Source: Candidatus Sabulitectum sp.
GTDB taxonomy: Bacteria > Fermentibacterota > Fermentibacteria > Fermentibacterales > JCC-6
Length of the DNA: 64,000 nt
Assembly: GCA_029938555.1 (NCBI GenBank)
Contig: JAOZUR010000007.1
Span: 1,581 to 65,580, forward strand
Direction of reading: 5' to 3'
The translations under genes were made by a program, and so were the position numbers. A model generated the notes under the pieces. It saw only the letters and a list, made by a program, of their open reading frames with translations. It was not told where the DNA came from and did no database searches. Positions 45,655 to 55,732 of this stretch are shown here, piece after piece. Numbering within the stretch: position 1 is the stretch's first letter; every line of letters starts with the position of its first letter.

Positions 45655-46392
45655 ATGAAAGCAGTAATAATAGCAGCAGGGACTGGCTCTCGCTTAGAAT
45701 CAAAGCATAATGGATTTCCCAAAACACTTTTAGAAGTTAAGGGTAAAAAAATTATAGACATTATTCTTGAAGCAGTTTTATACTCAGGAGTGAATGAAGT
45801 TGTAATAATAACAGGCTTCAAATCTCACCTTCTTGAAAATTATTTCAAGAACAATCTTTCAGAATCAATTTCTATTGAGTTTTTATATAATCCCAACTGG
45901 AAAATGTCTAATGGAATTTCAGTGTTAAAAGCAAAAGAAGTTATTCAACCAGATGAACAGTTTATTCTTTTAATGAGTGATCACATCTTTCATCCTGTTA
46001 TGCTCAAAGAGGTAGTAAATACTCCGATTCAATCCAACCAGGCTCTTTTGGCATTAGATTTTAAAATCTCATCAATTCCTGATCTTGATGATGGAATGAA
46101 AGTGCAATGTAAAAAACAGTCCGGCAAAGTTTTTACAATAACAAAACTGGGAAAATCACTAAACACATACCAGTCTATTGATTGTGGAATGTTTAAGTTA
46201 AACTATAGTTTTTTTCAAGTTCTTGAAGATTCAATAGCAAATGGTAAAGATTCACTTTCAGATGCATGTAATGCTTTGACAACTAATTACAATATGTTAG
46301 GGTTAGATATTGAAGAAAAAAGATGGATCGATCTTGATACTCCTAAAATGTTTTCCTTTACTTCAATCATAGATGAAATTGTTTTTGACTAA
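45655..46392 (+). CDS. NTP-transferase domain protein (LicC / phospho-alcohol cytidylyltransferase-like)
   Basis: MKAVIIAAGTGSRL....PKTLLEVKGKKIID...VVIITGF and LLMSDHIF. The size and motifs are those of a single-domain nucleotidyltransferase. Confidence 0.7.
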   Translation: MKAVIIAAGTGSRLESKHNGFPKTLLEVKGKKIIDIILEAVLYSGVNEVVIITGFKSHLLENYFKNNLSESISIEFLYNPNWKMSNGISVLKAKEVIQPDEQFILLMSDHIFHPVMLKEVVNTPIQSNQALLALDFKISSIPDLDDGMKVQCKKQSGKVFTITKLGKSLNTYQSIDCGMFKLNYSFFQVLEDSIANGKDSLSDACNALTTNYNMLGLDIEEKRWIDLDTPKMFSFTSIIDEIVFD

Positions 46393-47453
46393 TGATATAT
46401 TATTTTGCTAATCAAATTTATCAATTATCTTATGCTTGGTCTCTTTATGAAGAGATGGGTGGAACTTTTTTAGTACGAAAAAATAAAACCTACATTAAAT
46501 TTAAACACTATCTTCGCGGTACAGACCATTCTGAAAACGCAACCTTTATGAAAACGCCAAAATTACAGAAGGTAGATTTAAAATCACTCTCTAATTTAGA
46601 AGGTATTATTCTTTCGCAGTCAAATTCCCGTATCCATAACGATTCAAAAAAGAGTAAAAGTATATTTATAGGTCATGGCTCAGGAGATAAGAAGTATGGT
46701 GGTAGTCAAAACACATTATTGAGCTATCAGTATATTTTTCTTTCTGGTCCCAAACACAGAGAAAAACTGACTGATGTTGGTGTGTTTTTACCAGAAAATC
46801 GTTTGATTCCAATTGGTAATCTTCGCTTTGATGATTACATTAATAACAAATTTGATAGAAATGTGTTAAAGCAACGAATGGGGATTTCTCCAAATGATTT
46901 TCACAAAAAAACAGTTCTTTATGCACCAACTTGGCGATGGGGTAATGGTACCCTTCGCGAGTATGCTAAAAAATTTATTAAGGAAATCACCAGCGAGCAT
47001 AATCTAATTATTCGTCCTCATCATTTTGATGCTCATTTAATTCCGTATTATAAATTGTGGGCTTCTATTAATGGAATTAAAAATGTATATTTTTCAAATC
47101 CAAATAATTTATTAACAAATGATACAATGCAGGATTTTTTGGTTTCAGATATATTGATTAGTGATACTTCATCAATTCTTTATGAATACTTAATCACATC
47201 AAAACCGATAATTATTGCAAACACAGATTTTAGTGGATTGCATAACATGCCTGACAATATGAATGTCATGAAAATTACAGATTTTTATGATGATTCAAAA
47301 AACATTCTCGATGTTATCAACAGCAATCTCACTAAAGTAGATAATTCAAAATATACTGAGATGCTTAATGCTTGCTTTTATTTCAACGACGGTAAATCAG
47401 TTGAAAGGGCTAAGTCTTTTATAACTCAGCTTGCAGGTCAAAAAAAACAATGA
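46392..47453 (+). CDS. CDP-glycerol glycerophosphotransferase family protein (TagB/TagF-like) 2
   Basis: GHGSGDK, VLYAPTWRW, IRPHH and DILISDTSSILYEYLITSKPIII. Confidence 0.8.
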   Translation: MIYYFANQIYQLSYAWSLYEEMGGTFLVRKNKTYIKFKHYLRGTDHSENATFMKTPKLQKVDLKSLSNLEGIILSQSNSRIHNDSKKSKSIFIGHGSGDKKYGGSQNTLLSYQYIFLSGPKHREKLTDVGVFLPENRLIPIGNLRFDDYINNKFDRNVLKQRMGISPNDFHKKTVLYAPTWRWGNGTLREYAKKFIKEITSEHNLIIRPHHFDAHLIPYYKLWASINGIKNVYFSNPNNLLTNDTMQDFLVSDILISDTSSILYEYLITSKPIIIANTDFSGLHNMPDNMNVMKITDFYDDSKNILDVINSNLTKVDNSKYTEMLNACFYFNDGKSVERAKSFITQLAGQKKQ

Positions 47454-48538
47454 GAAAAATTTTGTTTGACTTGAAGAAAGAGTACTATTTTAATTCTCTT
47501 TTCCCTCTCTATATAGAAATGGCTAAAGATCCAAACTATGATTTATGGATCAGGGTAGGGGCAGATCAACACCGTTTTCTGGGTGTATTTCTTGTCTCAA
47601 ACAGAGAGAAAATAGAAAAAAGTCTTTCTGAAAAAGGGTTTAAGGTAACAAATACTACTACTGGTTTTGATGCTATTATTGTTGGAGATGCTCTAAAAGA
47701 CCCAACTACATACGAAGATATACCTATTTTTCATCTGGATCATGGAGTCGGCATAAAAACACTCAGAATCAGAAATATAGTCCGTCAAAAAGACAGAAGG
47801 TATCATGTATTTCTGGAAGGCCAATATTGGTATGATTACATAAAAAGCCTTGGTTATCATGAAAAAGCTGATTTTCACATTACAGGTTTGCCTAAGCTTG
47901 ATCCATTTTTTCAACCTGATTATTTTAATAACCAGGCACTTCTTGAAAAACTGAAGTTAGATCCTAGTAAAAAAACAATTCTTTTTGCGCCTTCATATAA
48001 ACCAAGTTGTATCAGTAAAATAGGCAGTAAAATAGAGTCATTGCTTCCAACCTATAATCTTATTGTTAAACTGCATCCATACTCTTGGAAGGGCAAGTAT
48101 GCACCTCATTCGCAACATAAAATTTATCAGCAATTGACCAAAAAATACAAAGAACTCTTTCTTGTTCCAAAAGAAGAATTTGATATTTATCCTTATCTTT
48201 TTCTTGCAGACACAATGATTAGTGATACGTCCAGTGTTATCAATGAGTTTTTAGCATTGAACAAATTCGGAATTATTTTTGAACTTAACCATAAAAAACT
48301 AAATCATTCTGATGGAATGCCTGTTCTTTCTTTAGATCCAGTGGAATGGTTAAAAGGAGCATTTCCACACATAAACCAACCAGATCAGTTATTAGAAGCA
48401 GTAAAAAAAGCTCTTAATCCAACGGACAAAATGAAAAAAGAACTTAAAAGCTACAGAGACTATTTTTTTACAGATCTTGATGGCCAAGCTTCAAAAAGAG
48501 TCAAAGCTAAAATAGATACTATTATGGAGTTAGCATGA
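47450..48538 (+). CDS. CDP-glycerol glycerophosphotransferase family protein (TagB/TagF-like) 3
   Basis: LDHGVGIK, ILFAPSYK, VKLHP and DTMISDTSSVINEFLALNK. Confidence 0.75.
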   Translation: MRKILFDLKKEYYFNSLFPLYIEMAKDPNYDLWIRVGADQHRFLGVFLVSNREKIEKSLSEKGFKVTNTTTGFDAIIVGDALKDPTTYEDIPIFHLDHGVGIKTLRIRNIVRQKDRRYHVFLEGQYWYDYIKSLGYHEKADFHITGLPKLDPFFQPDYFNNQALLEKLKLDPSKKTILFAPSYKPSCISKIGSKIESLLPTYNLIVKLHPYSWKGKYAPHSQHKIYQQLTKKYKELFLVPKEEFDIYPYLFLADTMISDTSSVINEFLALNKFGIIFELNHKKLNHSDGMPVLSLDPVEWLKGAFPHINQPDQLLEAVKKALNPTDKMKKELKSYRDYFFTDLDGQASKRVKAKIDTIMELA

Positions 48539-49701
48539 AAAAAAACTATAAAATAGCATATTGGCTTAGAACAGACATACAGCATTTTGCACATGTTCAT
48601 CATATTTATAATACTCTTGGTGGGGTAATTTTAACAAAAAACCATAAAATTTATGATCATTTAAAAGAAAAACATCCTGAGTTAGCACAAGACCTTTATT
48701 TAGTGAAAAATTCAACTGAAGCAAAAAAAGTAATGAACGGCCTTGATACTAAACTAGTGATATACACTGGTTTTCAGTTGATATTTTGGGGTTATTCCGT
48801 TCAGGTTTTTCATGGTGCATCCGATAAACGATATCTTCTGGAAAATAAGCGAATTCTTCTTTATGATTTACTTCTTCTTCCGGGGCAAAAACACTTGGAT
48901 AAAATTAAATCAGAATACAAGTTAAAAAATTATAAAAAATTCAAAAAAGTAGGTTACCCGAAGTTTGATAAACTGATACAAAATAGCTTCTCGATAAAAC
49001 CAATATTCAATAACAACAATCCCACAATCTTATACGCACCAACATGGATAACAGCGGGTACCGATACGAAGCTTCAGTTCTCGGATTTTGGTGAAAGCTC
49101 GCTGCCACTTTGGGGTGAGAGAATAATAAAAGCTGTAGCCCATAAGTATAATCTTATAATAAAGTATCATTCACGAGCTTACGAAGCACACACAGCCATT
49201 TATGAAGGCATTGAAAAACTTATAAAAGACCTAAAAGCAGAAGATACTATTAAAACTTTCTGGGACTCGAACATAACCGAATACATGGGTCAGTCCGACA
49301 TCATGATTTCGGATATTTCAGCAGTCTGTTATGAATGGTTCCACACAAACCGTCCTATCATTTATGCAAACCCTGCACCAGACCACTACAAGCCCTCAAC
49401 AGACGAACTATCAAATACATTTGCTTGGCAGGCTGGTGATGTTCTTTACAAGGAAGAAGACATAACTAAAACAATAGAAGTAAACCTAAAAGAAGATTCT
49501 TACAAAGAAATAAGGAACAAGCTTCTAAATCATTCATTTCATCAGCCCAATGGTCATGCCACTGAGCGGCAGGCAAAGGAAATTGAATTTCTTTACAATA
49601 AAGTAAAAGATTACCCAAAACTGAGAATGGTATTTCACAATATTAAAGTATTTATACAAGATACTGTAAGGCAGAGAAAAAAGAAGATAAACGAAAGATA
49701 A
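48535..49701 (+). CDS. CDP-glycerol glycerophosphotransferase family protein (TagB/TagF-like) 4
   Basis: FHGASDK, ILYAPTW, IKYHSR and DIMISDISAVCYEWFHTNRPIIY. Confidence 0.75.
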   Translation: MKKNYKIAYWLRTDIQHFAHVHHIYNTLGGVILTKNHKIYDHLKEKHPELAQDLYLVKNSTEAKKVMNGLDTKLVIYTGFQLIFWGYSVQVFHGASDKRYLLENKRILLYDLLLLPGQKHLDKIKSEYKLKNYKKFKKVGYPKFDKLIQNSFSIKPIFNNNNPTILYAPTWITAGTDTKLQFSDFGESSLPLWGERIIKAVAHKYNLIIKYHSRAYEAHTAIYEGIEKLIKDLKAEDTIKTFWDSNITEYMGQSDIMISDISAVCYEWFHTNRPIIYANPAPDHYKPSTDELSNTFAWQAGDVLYKEEDITKTIEVNLKEDSYKEIRNKLLNHSFHQPNGHATERQAKEIEFLYNKVKDYPKLRMVFHNIKVFIQDTVRQRKKKINER

Positions 49702-49816
49702 ATCGAAAATGTTAACTACTGCTATTGGCTTTGATTTGGATAGCTGTAAGAATATTTACAAAGTAGTTTATTAGAATTTTATACTATTTGATGAAATTAG
49801 AAAACAGTGAGGATTT

Positions 49817-50674
49817 ATGAAAGAATTTGAAGAATTTATGCAGTTTGTTAATGGAAGAATGAAAGATCACAATCACCAGGGGCTTGGTGATTTTGAGGGG
49901 TATTCATCAGATGAAATGCACATTATTTTGTATGATACATTTGGGGATCATAGTCCAATTCAATTCTTGGATATGGCTGAATCAGATTACGATAAAATTC
50001 CTATACTGAACCAAGTAAAATATTTGCTAAGTCTTGTGGAAAAACAAGGAGAATTAAAACTTACAGCTAAAGGTTATTTGTTAACAAAAGTTGTATCTGA
50101 TATTTATAGCCAGGGATTTATAAAAGAAGATTATATTGAATCAGGATTAGTAAATTTACGAAGAGAAACAGATTCTATGTCCATAAATCTCACAAAAATT
50201 TTGATTCAAATATCTGGAATTGTTAAAAAGAGGCATAATAAACTTAGCTTGACTAATTTGGGTAAATCAGTAATTCATGATAACCGCAAATTGCTAATGC
50301 TAATTTTCACTACATTTACAGATAAGTTTAATTGGGCTTATTACGATAATTTTGGTGAAAACAATATAGGAAGATTAGGATATGGGTTTACATTAATTCT
50401 TCTTAGTAAATATGGATCTGAAAAAAGGCTTGATACATTTTATGCAGAAAAGTATCTTAAAGCATTTCCACGAATGTTAAATGAAATTAGAGAATCAAGT
50501 TATTCAACAGTTCAGGAAACCGCAAGCAAATGTTATACATTAAGATCTTTTCATAGATTTCTGGATTATTTTGGGATCATTGAAATTCATCAAAGCGATA
50601 TGACATTAAGGGATGGATTTGTGAACAAAACAAGTCTCTTTGACAAATGGATAAAAATAACTCCATACCAGTAA
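49817..50674 (+). CDS. hypothetical protein
   Basis: 285-aa AT-rich ORF that stands alone, with 115-nt and 70-nt gaps on either side. It has no TM segment and no recognised motif. Confidence 0.4.
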   Translation: MKEFEEFMQFVNGRMKDHNHQGLGDFEGYSSDEMHIILYDTFGDHSPIQFLDMAESDYDKIPILNQVKYLLSLVEKQGELKLTAKGYLLTKVVSDIYSQGFIKEDYIESGLVNLRRETDSMSINLTKILIQISGIVKKRHNKLSLTNLGKSVIHDNRKLLMLIFTTFTDKFNWAYYDNFGENNIGRLGYGFTLILLSKYGSEKRLDTFYAEKYLKAFPRMLNEIRESSYSTVQETASKCYTLRSFHRFLDYFGIIEIHQSDMTLRDGFVNKTSLFDKWIKITPYQ

Positions 50675-50745
50675 TTTCAAGCTTTATCAAGGATTATAGT
50701 TGCCATTACTTGAGCCAATTCAGTGATGCTAACAAAATTAGGTAA

Positions 50746-51630
50746 TCAAGTTTTCTTTATTTTTTTCCATCGATTATGAAACCAAACCCAGCTGCTGGGG
50801 GTCTCGGTTATCCAATTGCTTATTCTGTCGTTTAGAAGTGTAAGAATTTGTTCAGTTGTGTCTTCTGGTTTAGGGAAGAATGGTTTGTCTATTATTAGAA
50901 GATAGGTTGAATCATTGTTTTGTTCAATATGCATGGTAACAATTGGTGTGTTTAGCTTTTTTGCAAAGAGGGCAGGGGAAACAGGTGTTGATGCTGGTTT
51001 ACCTAAAAAATTGATTTGTTCGTTTTGAACACCTTTGGTTGCTTGGTCTATGAGCATTCCAAGTGTTCTGTTTTGTCTAAGTAGACGAACAATTGGTGCA
51101 GCGCCTGCATTTCTGTCTATGGTTTGAATTCCAGGTTTCTCGCGCAGATTGTTCAGTACTTGTGCTACACCTTTTTGCTTTAGTGACCTTCCAATAACAC
51201 CAAGATCAAAACCAAGAATCTTCATTGCCCTTGGTAAAAGCTCCCACGACCCGAAGTGGGCTGTGATGGCAATAACACCGTTTCCTTTGGCCAGTGCTTC
51301 CTGCATGTTTTCAGCACCTTCAGTTTGTACTAATTTTTTGAAAGTTTCGTCACTTCTATATGAGAGGTAAAAAAAGTCAAAAAAACCAATAAGAATACTG
51401 GTGTATATCTGAGAAGTAGAGGTTTGAATATTATTCTTTTTCATTATTCCCTGCTGGTGTTTCTGAATTACCTTGTTGGACGGCAGGGGAAGAATAGAAA
51501 GAAACCAACCCAGAATTTTTGCATTCAAACGGGATAACCATCTTGGAGTAATAACTGCAAGAAAAATGACCAGTTTTGCAGCAGGGGTAGTAAGCAGATG
51601 TCGCAGTGATTTAAATGGAATTTTTTTCAT
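50746..51630 (-). CDS. lipid A biosynthesis lauroyl/myristoyl acyltransferase family (LpxL/HtrB-like)
   Basis: N-terminal TM segment, ITAHFGSWELL (the H-x4-E/D acyltransferase motif), and LIDQ......INFLGKPASTPVSPALFAKKLNTPIV. Confidence 0.75.
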   Translation of the reverse strand: MKKIPFKSLRHLLTTPAAKLVIFLAVITPRWLSRLNAKILGWFLSILPLPSNKVIQKHQQGIMKKNNIQTSTSQIYTSILIGFFDFFYLSYRSDETFKKLVQTEGAENMQEALAKGNGVIAITAHFGSWELLPRAMKILGFDLGVIGRSLKQKGVAQVLNNLREKPGIQTIDRNAGAAPIVRLLRQNRTLGMLIDQATKGVQNEQINFLGKPASTPVSPALFAKKLNTPIVTMHIEQNNDSTYLLIIDKPFFPKPEDTTEQILTLLNDRISNWITETPSSWVWFHNRWKKIKKT

Positions 51631-51738
51631 AATGACAGAAGAATACTCAGTTTATGGATGTTTTGTCAAGAAAGATTTTTTATTCCTACTCTTGAAACAA
51701 GTGAGTATATTTGCAGTCTACACAGGAAGGAGATTAAA

Positions 51739-54393
51739 GTGGCAGAAAAAATGATTCTGGTGGATACTCTTAGTCTTTTATATAGAGGTCATTACGCATT
51801 GATAAAAAGTCCTTTGAAAGGGGCAGATGGTACTGTTACCAGCGGGATCAATTTCTTGTTAAAAGAGTTGTTTGCTTTGATTGAAAACAATCCTGACTGT
51901 ATTGTTGCAGCAATTTCTGATGCGCCAGGACCAACATTTCGAAAAAAAATGTTTCCAGAATACAAGGCTAACAGAAGTGCTACCCCTGATGATTTAAGGG
52001 AACAAACAAGGATTATCCGAAAGCTGATTCCAATACTAGGAATACCATTTATTGAGCAGGAAGGACTTGAAGCTGATGATTTGATAGCAGGTTTTGCTTC
52101 TGCTTCCTCAATTCCTGTTCTTATATTATCACCCGACAAGGATCTGCTACAGCTTGTAAATAAAAACACTTCCGTTCTTAGACCGGGGAAATACGGTAGA
52201 AAAGCCACTCTTGTTACAGAAGATGATGTTGAAGGCATTATGGGAGTGCCGGCCAAGTATGTTGCAGATCTTCTTGCTCTTATGGGTGATTCTGCAGATA
52301 ATATTCCAGGGGCTCGTGGCATAGGCCCTAAGGGGGCTGCAAAACTGATTCAAAAATTTGGTGGAATAGAAGATATTTACAATAATCTTAATCAGGTTAA
52401 ACCAGATTCCATTAGAAAAAAACTGATTGATTCAAAAGAGAAAGTAGAGTTAAGCTTAAAACTAACCAAGCTTGATGTTCCACTATCTGAAGCGCTTTTA
52501 AGTTTTGATTTTTCAATGAAGGAGCCGGATCTTGAAAAAGCAATTCCAGAGCTTTCCAGGTTATCACTTTCTAGAATTGCAGACCGTCTTGGCGTAGAAC
52601 TTTTAAAGGAAGAAAAACAGGAAGAGCTTAAGCAAGAATTTTCATGCAAGGTAACCATTGTGAATGATATAGAAAGCATGAATCTTCCCGGGGACGGACC
52701 TGTGTGTTTAGATACAGAAACCACATCTGTTAATCCAATAAATGCTGAACTGATTGGTTTCTCCATAACTTCTGAACCGGGGCAGAGTTGGTACATAGAT
52801 TATTCTGAATCAGCTAACAAAGATCAAATACTGAAGTCGCTTGAGAAACTAATTTCCCAAAGAGGTTATTTAGCTCAAAATTCAAAGTACGATAGTAGGG
52901 TGCTGAAAAAATTAGGGGTGAATCTGCCAATTCCATCAGATGATCCATATCTGGCTGATTACATATTAAGGCCTGATGCCCCTAGTCATTCTCTGAAAAA
53001 AATAGTACCTATCTGGTTAAACAAAACCATGAAATCATTTGATGATGTTTCTCAGGGTAAAGGTTCTTTACTGGGCATTCCACTGGAAACAGTTGCAGAG
53101 TATTGCTGTATTGATTCAGCATCTACAATGGCTCTTTCAAAGGTAATGACCGGTGAATTTGCTAAGGACCGGGATCTGGAGAAATTGTACAGACAGGTTG
53201 AACTTCCTCTTTCTTCAGTTTTGGCTGATATGGAGGATATAGGAATAGCTATTGATGGTGATGTTTTACGCCAAGAGGGTGAATTAATCAATAAAAAGAT
53301 TTTTGAGCTAATGCATTTAGCATCGGAGCAGATAGGTAAATCTGTTAATCTTGCAAGTCCCAAACAGGTTTCTGTTATACTTTTTGACACTCTCAAGATA
53401 AAACCAGTACGAAAGACTTCCAAAGGTGCAAGATCTACTGATATGTCTGTGCTGACAAAAATTCGGAATGAACATCCTTTTGTTGAAACTCTCATTGAGT
53501 TCCGGGAATTAGCAAAATTGTTAAATACCTATATCGAGAAACTTCCTAATTTTGTTAATCAACGAACCGGTCTTATTCACACCAGTTTTAATCAAGCCGT
53601 TACTGCAACAGGCAGATTAAGCTCAAGCAATCCAAATTTGCAGAATATTCCCATAAGAACCAGCCGAGGTCGTGAGATTAGAAAATGTTTCCTTCCACCG
53701 GTAGCTGGTCATGTTTTTGTTACTGCTGATTACTCTCAGATAGAACTCAGAGTACTTGCGCATCTTTCAGGTGATGAAAATCTTCGTAAAGCATACAAAG
53801 AAAATGCTGATATTCATTCACGAACAGCAGAAGCTCTTTTCGGAGACTCTTCTTTTGACAACAGAAGAAAGGCAAAAGAGGTTAATTTTTCAATTATATA
53901 TGGAATTAGTCCTTTTGGTCTTGCAAACAGGCTTTCTATTTCAAGAGGTGAAGCCGCTGGAATAATAAGTCGGTATTATGAAACATATCCACAGGTTCTT
54001 GATTTTAACCAAAAAGTTTTGTCCGCAGCAGAAGAAAACGAAGAGGTAAGAACAATTCTTGGACGGAAAAGATTGTTCATTGGAATGAAAGAGGCTAAAG
54101 GTAATACCAGAAAACAGATGGAGAGAACTGCAGTTAATGCAGTTGTTCAAGGGTCAGCAGCTGATATAATTAAGCTTGCAATGATTAAGGTAGATAACCG
54201 TTTGAAGATGGAACTTCCTGAAGCCAGACTGGTATTACAGGTTCACGATGAACTTGTTATAACATGCCCTGAGATGTCTGTGGAGATAGCAGAAAAAATA
54301 TTAAAAGAAGAAATGGAAGAGGCTTTCTCTCTTGAGGTTCCTCTTACAGTTGAAACAGGCTCAGGAAAAAACTGGCTTGAGGCTGGCCATTAA
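51739..54393 (+). CDS. polA: DNA polymerase I
   Basis: 5'-nuclease (MILVDTLSLLYRGHYA...SPDKDLLQL...GDSADNIPG), 3'-5' exo (CLDTETTS) and polymerase motifs (DYSQIELRVLAH, RRKAKEVNFSIIYG, QVHDELV). The start is the GTG at 51739 (GGAG 6 nt upstream) or the ATG at 51751. Confidence 0.95.
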   Translation: MAEKMILVDTLSLLYRGHYALIKSPLKGADGTVTSGINFLLKELFALIENNPDCIVAAISDAPGPTFRKKMFPEYKANRSATPDDLREQTRIIRKLIPILGIPFIEQEGLEADDLIAGFASASSIPVLILSPDKDLLQLVNKNTSVLRPGKYGRKATLVTEDDVEGIMGVPAKYVADLLALMGDSADNIPGARGIGPKGAAKLIQKFGGIEDIYNNLNQVKPDSIRKKLIDSKEKVELSLKLTKLDVPLSEALLSFDFSMKEPDLEKAIPELSRLSLSRIADRLGVELLKEEKQEELKQEFSCKVTIVNDIESMNLPGDGPVCLDTETTSVNPINAELIGFSITSEPGQSWYIDYSESANKDQILKSLEKLISQRGYLAQNSKYDSRVLKKLGVNLPIPSDDPYLADYILRPDAPSHSLKKIVPIWLNKTMKSFDDVSQGKGSLLGIPLETVAEYCCIDSASTMALSKVMTGEFAKDRDLEKLYRQVELPLSSVLADMEDIGIAIDGDVLRQEGELINKKIFELMHLASEQIGKSVNLASPKQVSVILFDTLKIKPVRKTSKGARSTDMSVLTKIRNEHPFVETLIEFRELAKLLNTYIEKLPNFVNQRTGLIHTSFNQAVTATGRLSSSNPNLQNIPIRTSRGREIRKCFLPPVAGHVFVTADYSQIELRVLAHLSGDENLRKAYKENADIHSRTAEALFGDSSFDNRRKAKEVNFSIIYGISPFGLANRLSISRGEAAGIISRYYETYPQVLDFNQKVLSAAEENEEVRTILGRKRLFIGMKEAKGNTRKQMERTAVNAVVQGSAADIIKLAMIKVDNRLKMELPEARLVLQVHDELVITCPEMSVEIAEKILKEEMEEAFSLEVPLTVETGSGKNWLEAGH

Positions 54394-54403
54394 AGAAGGA
54401 AAT

Positions 54404-55732
54404 ATGAAAAAAATACTCCCGATAATGATTGTCTTTCTCATTATTCTCACAGCTTCATGTGGGAAAGAAAAAAAAGTCAATGTTTTACTTATTCTTGTTG
54501 ATACTGTCAGGGCAGATCATTTGAGCTGTTATGGTTATGAAAGAAATACTACACCATATATTGACAGTCTTGCAGCAGCAGGAACTATTGCAGAAATGTG
54601 TCAGGGTCAAGCTTCATGGACGCTACCCACAATGACCACCATTTTGTCAGGTACACCTCCAGTGGTTCATGGAGCTGGAAGAAGCAGTAGTGGTTTTCAT
54701 GGTATTTCGCCAGATGTTCCATGGCTTCCAATGGTTATGCACCAGGCAGGTTACAGAACAGCTGCCTTTTTTAATGTAATGTTCATGAATGCAGATTTTG
54801 GCTTTCACCGAGGGTTTCAACATTTTGACTGCCAAGGTGTAGCCAGTGGAAACAGCCTTCGTAAGGCAGAACCAACAGTAGATGACTTCCTCGGATGGCT
54901 TGATACTGGAAATCAGGACGATCCATTTTTTGCAGCAGTGCATTTTTATGACGCTCATATTCCATACAAAGCACCTGAACCTTTTAGATCCATGTATACT
55001 GATCCAGCCTACTCAGGTGAATATGGTGATCAATGGGGTGAGGGTATAACTGAAATGATGGATGTTAATTCCGGAGAAGTTGTTCCTACGGAAGCTGATA
55101 TGGCTAATTTGATAGCTCTTTATGACGGAGAGATAACTTATACGGATTCACAAATTGGTAGAATGTTAGCAGAACTGCGCTCCCGTGGACTAGGAGAGAA
55201 TACTCTTGTTATCATTGTAGGCGACCATGGAGAGGAATTTCTTGAACACGGTGGAATTGAGCATGGGCGAACTCTTTATGAGGAAACAACTCATGTTCCA
55301 TTGATTATTGCAGGCCCCGGTTTTAATGGTGGCCAAGTAATTTCTCATTCTGTGGGTCAGCTTGATATTGCAGGTACTATTGCAGCAGTGGCTGGTATTG
55401 ATTTTCTTACGATTGATCCTGCTGTGAATCTAGCTGAAGAAATAGATGCTTCCAGGGAAATTCCTGCAAGTGGAGTTCTCTGGAGAACTAACGGTGATCT
55501 TGTATCCATTGTTTCAAATGGAAACAAAATAATATGGTCGGTAGAGGATGATTCTTTGGAAGCATACAATCTTGTTTTAGATCCAGGTGAAAAAGAGCTT
55601 TTAGAGCCTTCGGAATTTCTGATTAATGCAGCAGAGTTTTATTGGGTAACGCCTCCTATGGGGGAGGCGCCTTTGGTGGATTATAGTGAAACAGCCAGCC
55701 GTGAGTTAAGAAATCTGGGTTATATCAGATAA
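54404..55732 (+). CDS. sulfatase-family (alkaline-phosphatase superfamily) lipoprotein with non-canonical nucleophile motif
   Basis: Signal peptide plus lipobox-like ILTASC. LLILVDTVRADHLSCYGY and GDHGEEFLEHG are sulfatase-family metal-site blocks. T-L-P-T-M replaces the expected C/S-x-P-x-R. The start is the ATG at 54404. Confidence 0.75.
   Translation: MKKILPIMIVFLIILTASCGKEKKVNVLLILVDTVRADHLSCYGYERNTTPYIDSLAAAGTIAEMCQGQASWTLPTMTTILSGTPPVVHGAGRSSSGFHGISPDVPWLPMVMHQAGYRTAAFFNVMFMNADFGFHRGFQHFDCQGVASGNSLRKAEPTVDDFLGWLDTGNQDDPFFAAVHFYDAHIPYKAPEPFRSMYTDPAYSGEYGDQWGEGITEMMDVNSGEVVPTEADMANLIALYDGEITYTDSQIGRMLAELRSRGLGENTLVIIVGDHGEEFLEHGGIEHGRTLYEETTHVPLIIAGPGFNGGQVISHSVGQLDIAGTIAAVAGIDFLTIDPAVNLAEEIDASREIPASGVLWRTNGDLVSIVSNGNKIIWSVEDDSLEAYNLVLDPGEKELLEPSEFLINAAEFYWVTPPMGEAPLVDYSETASRELRNLGYIR

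Noticed and set aside
50675-50745. Convergent 70-nt gap between the 285-aa ORF and the lpxL-like gene, considered as a bidirectional terminator.
   Set aside because: I could not find an inverted repeat of useful length followed by a T-run on either strand.
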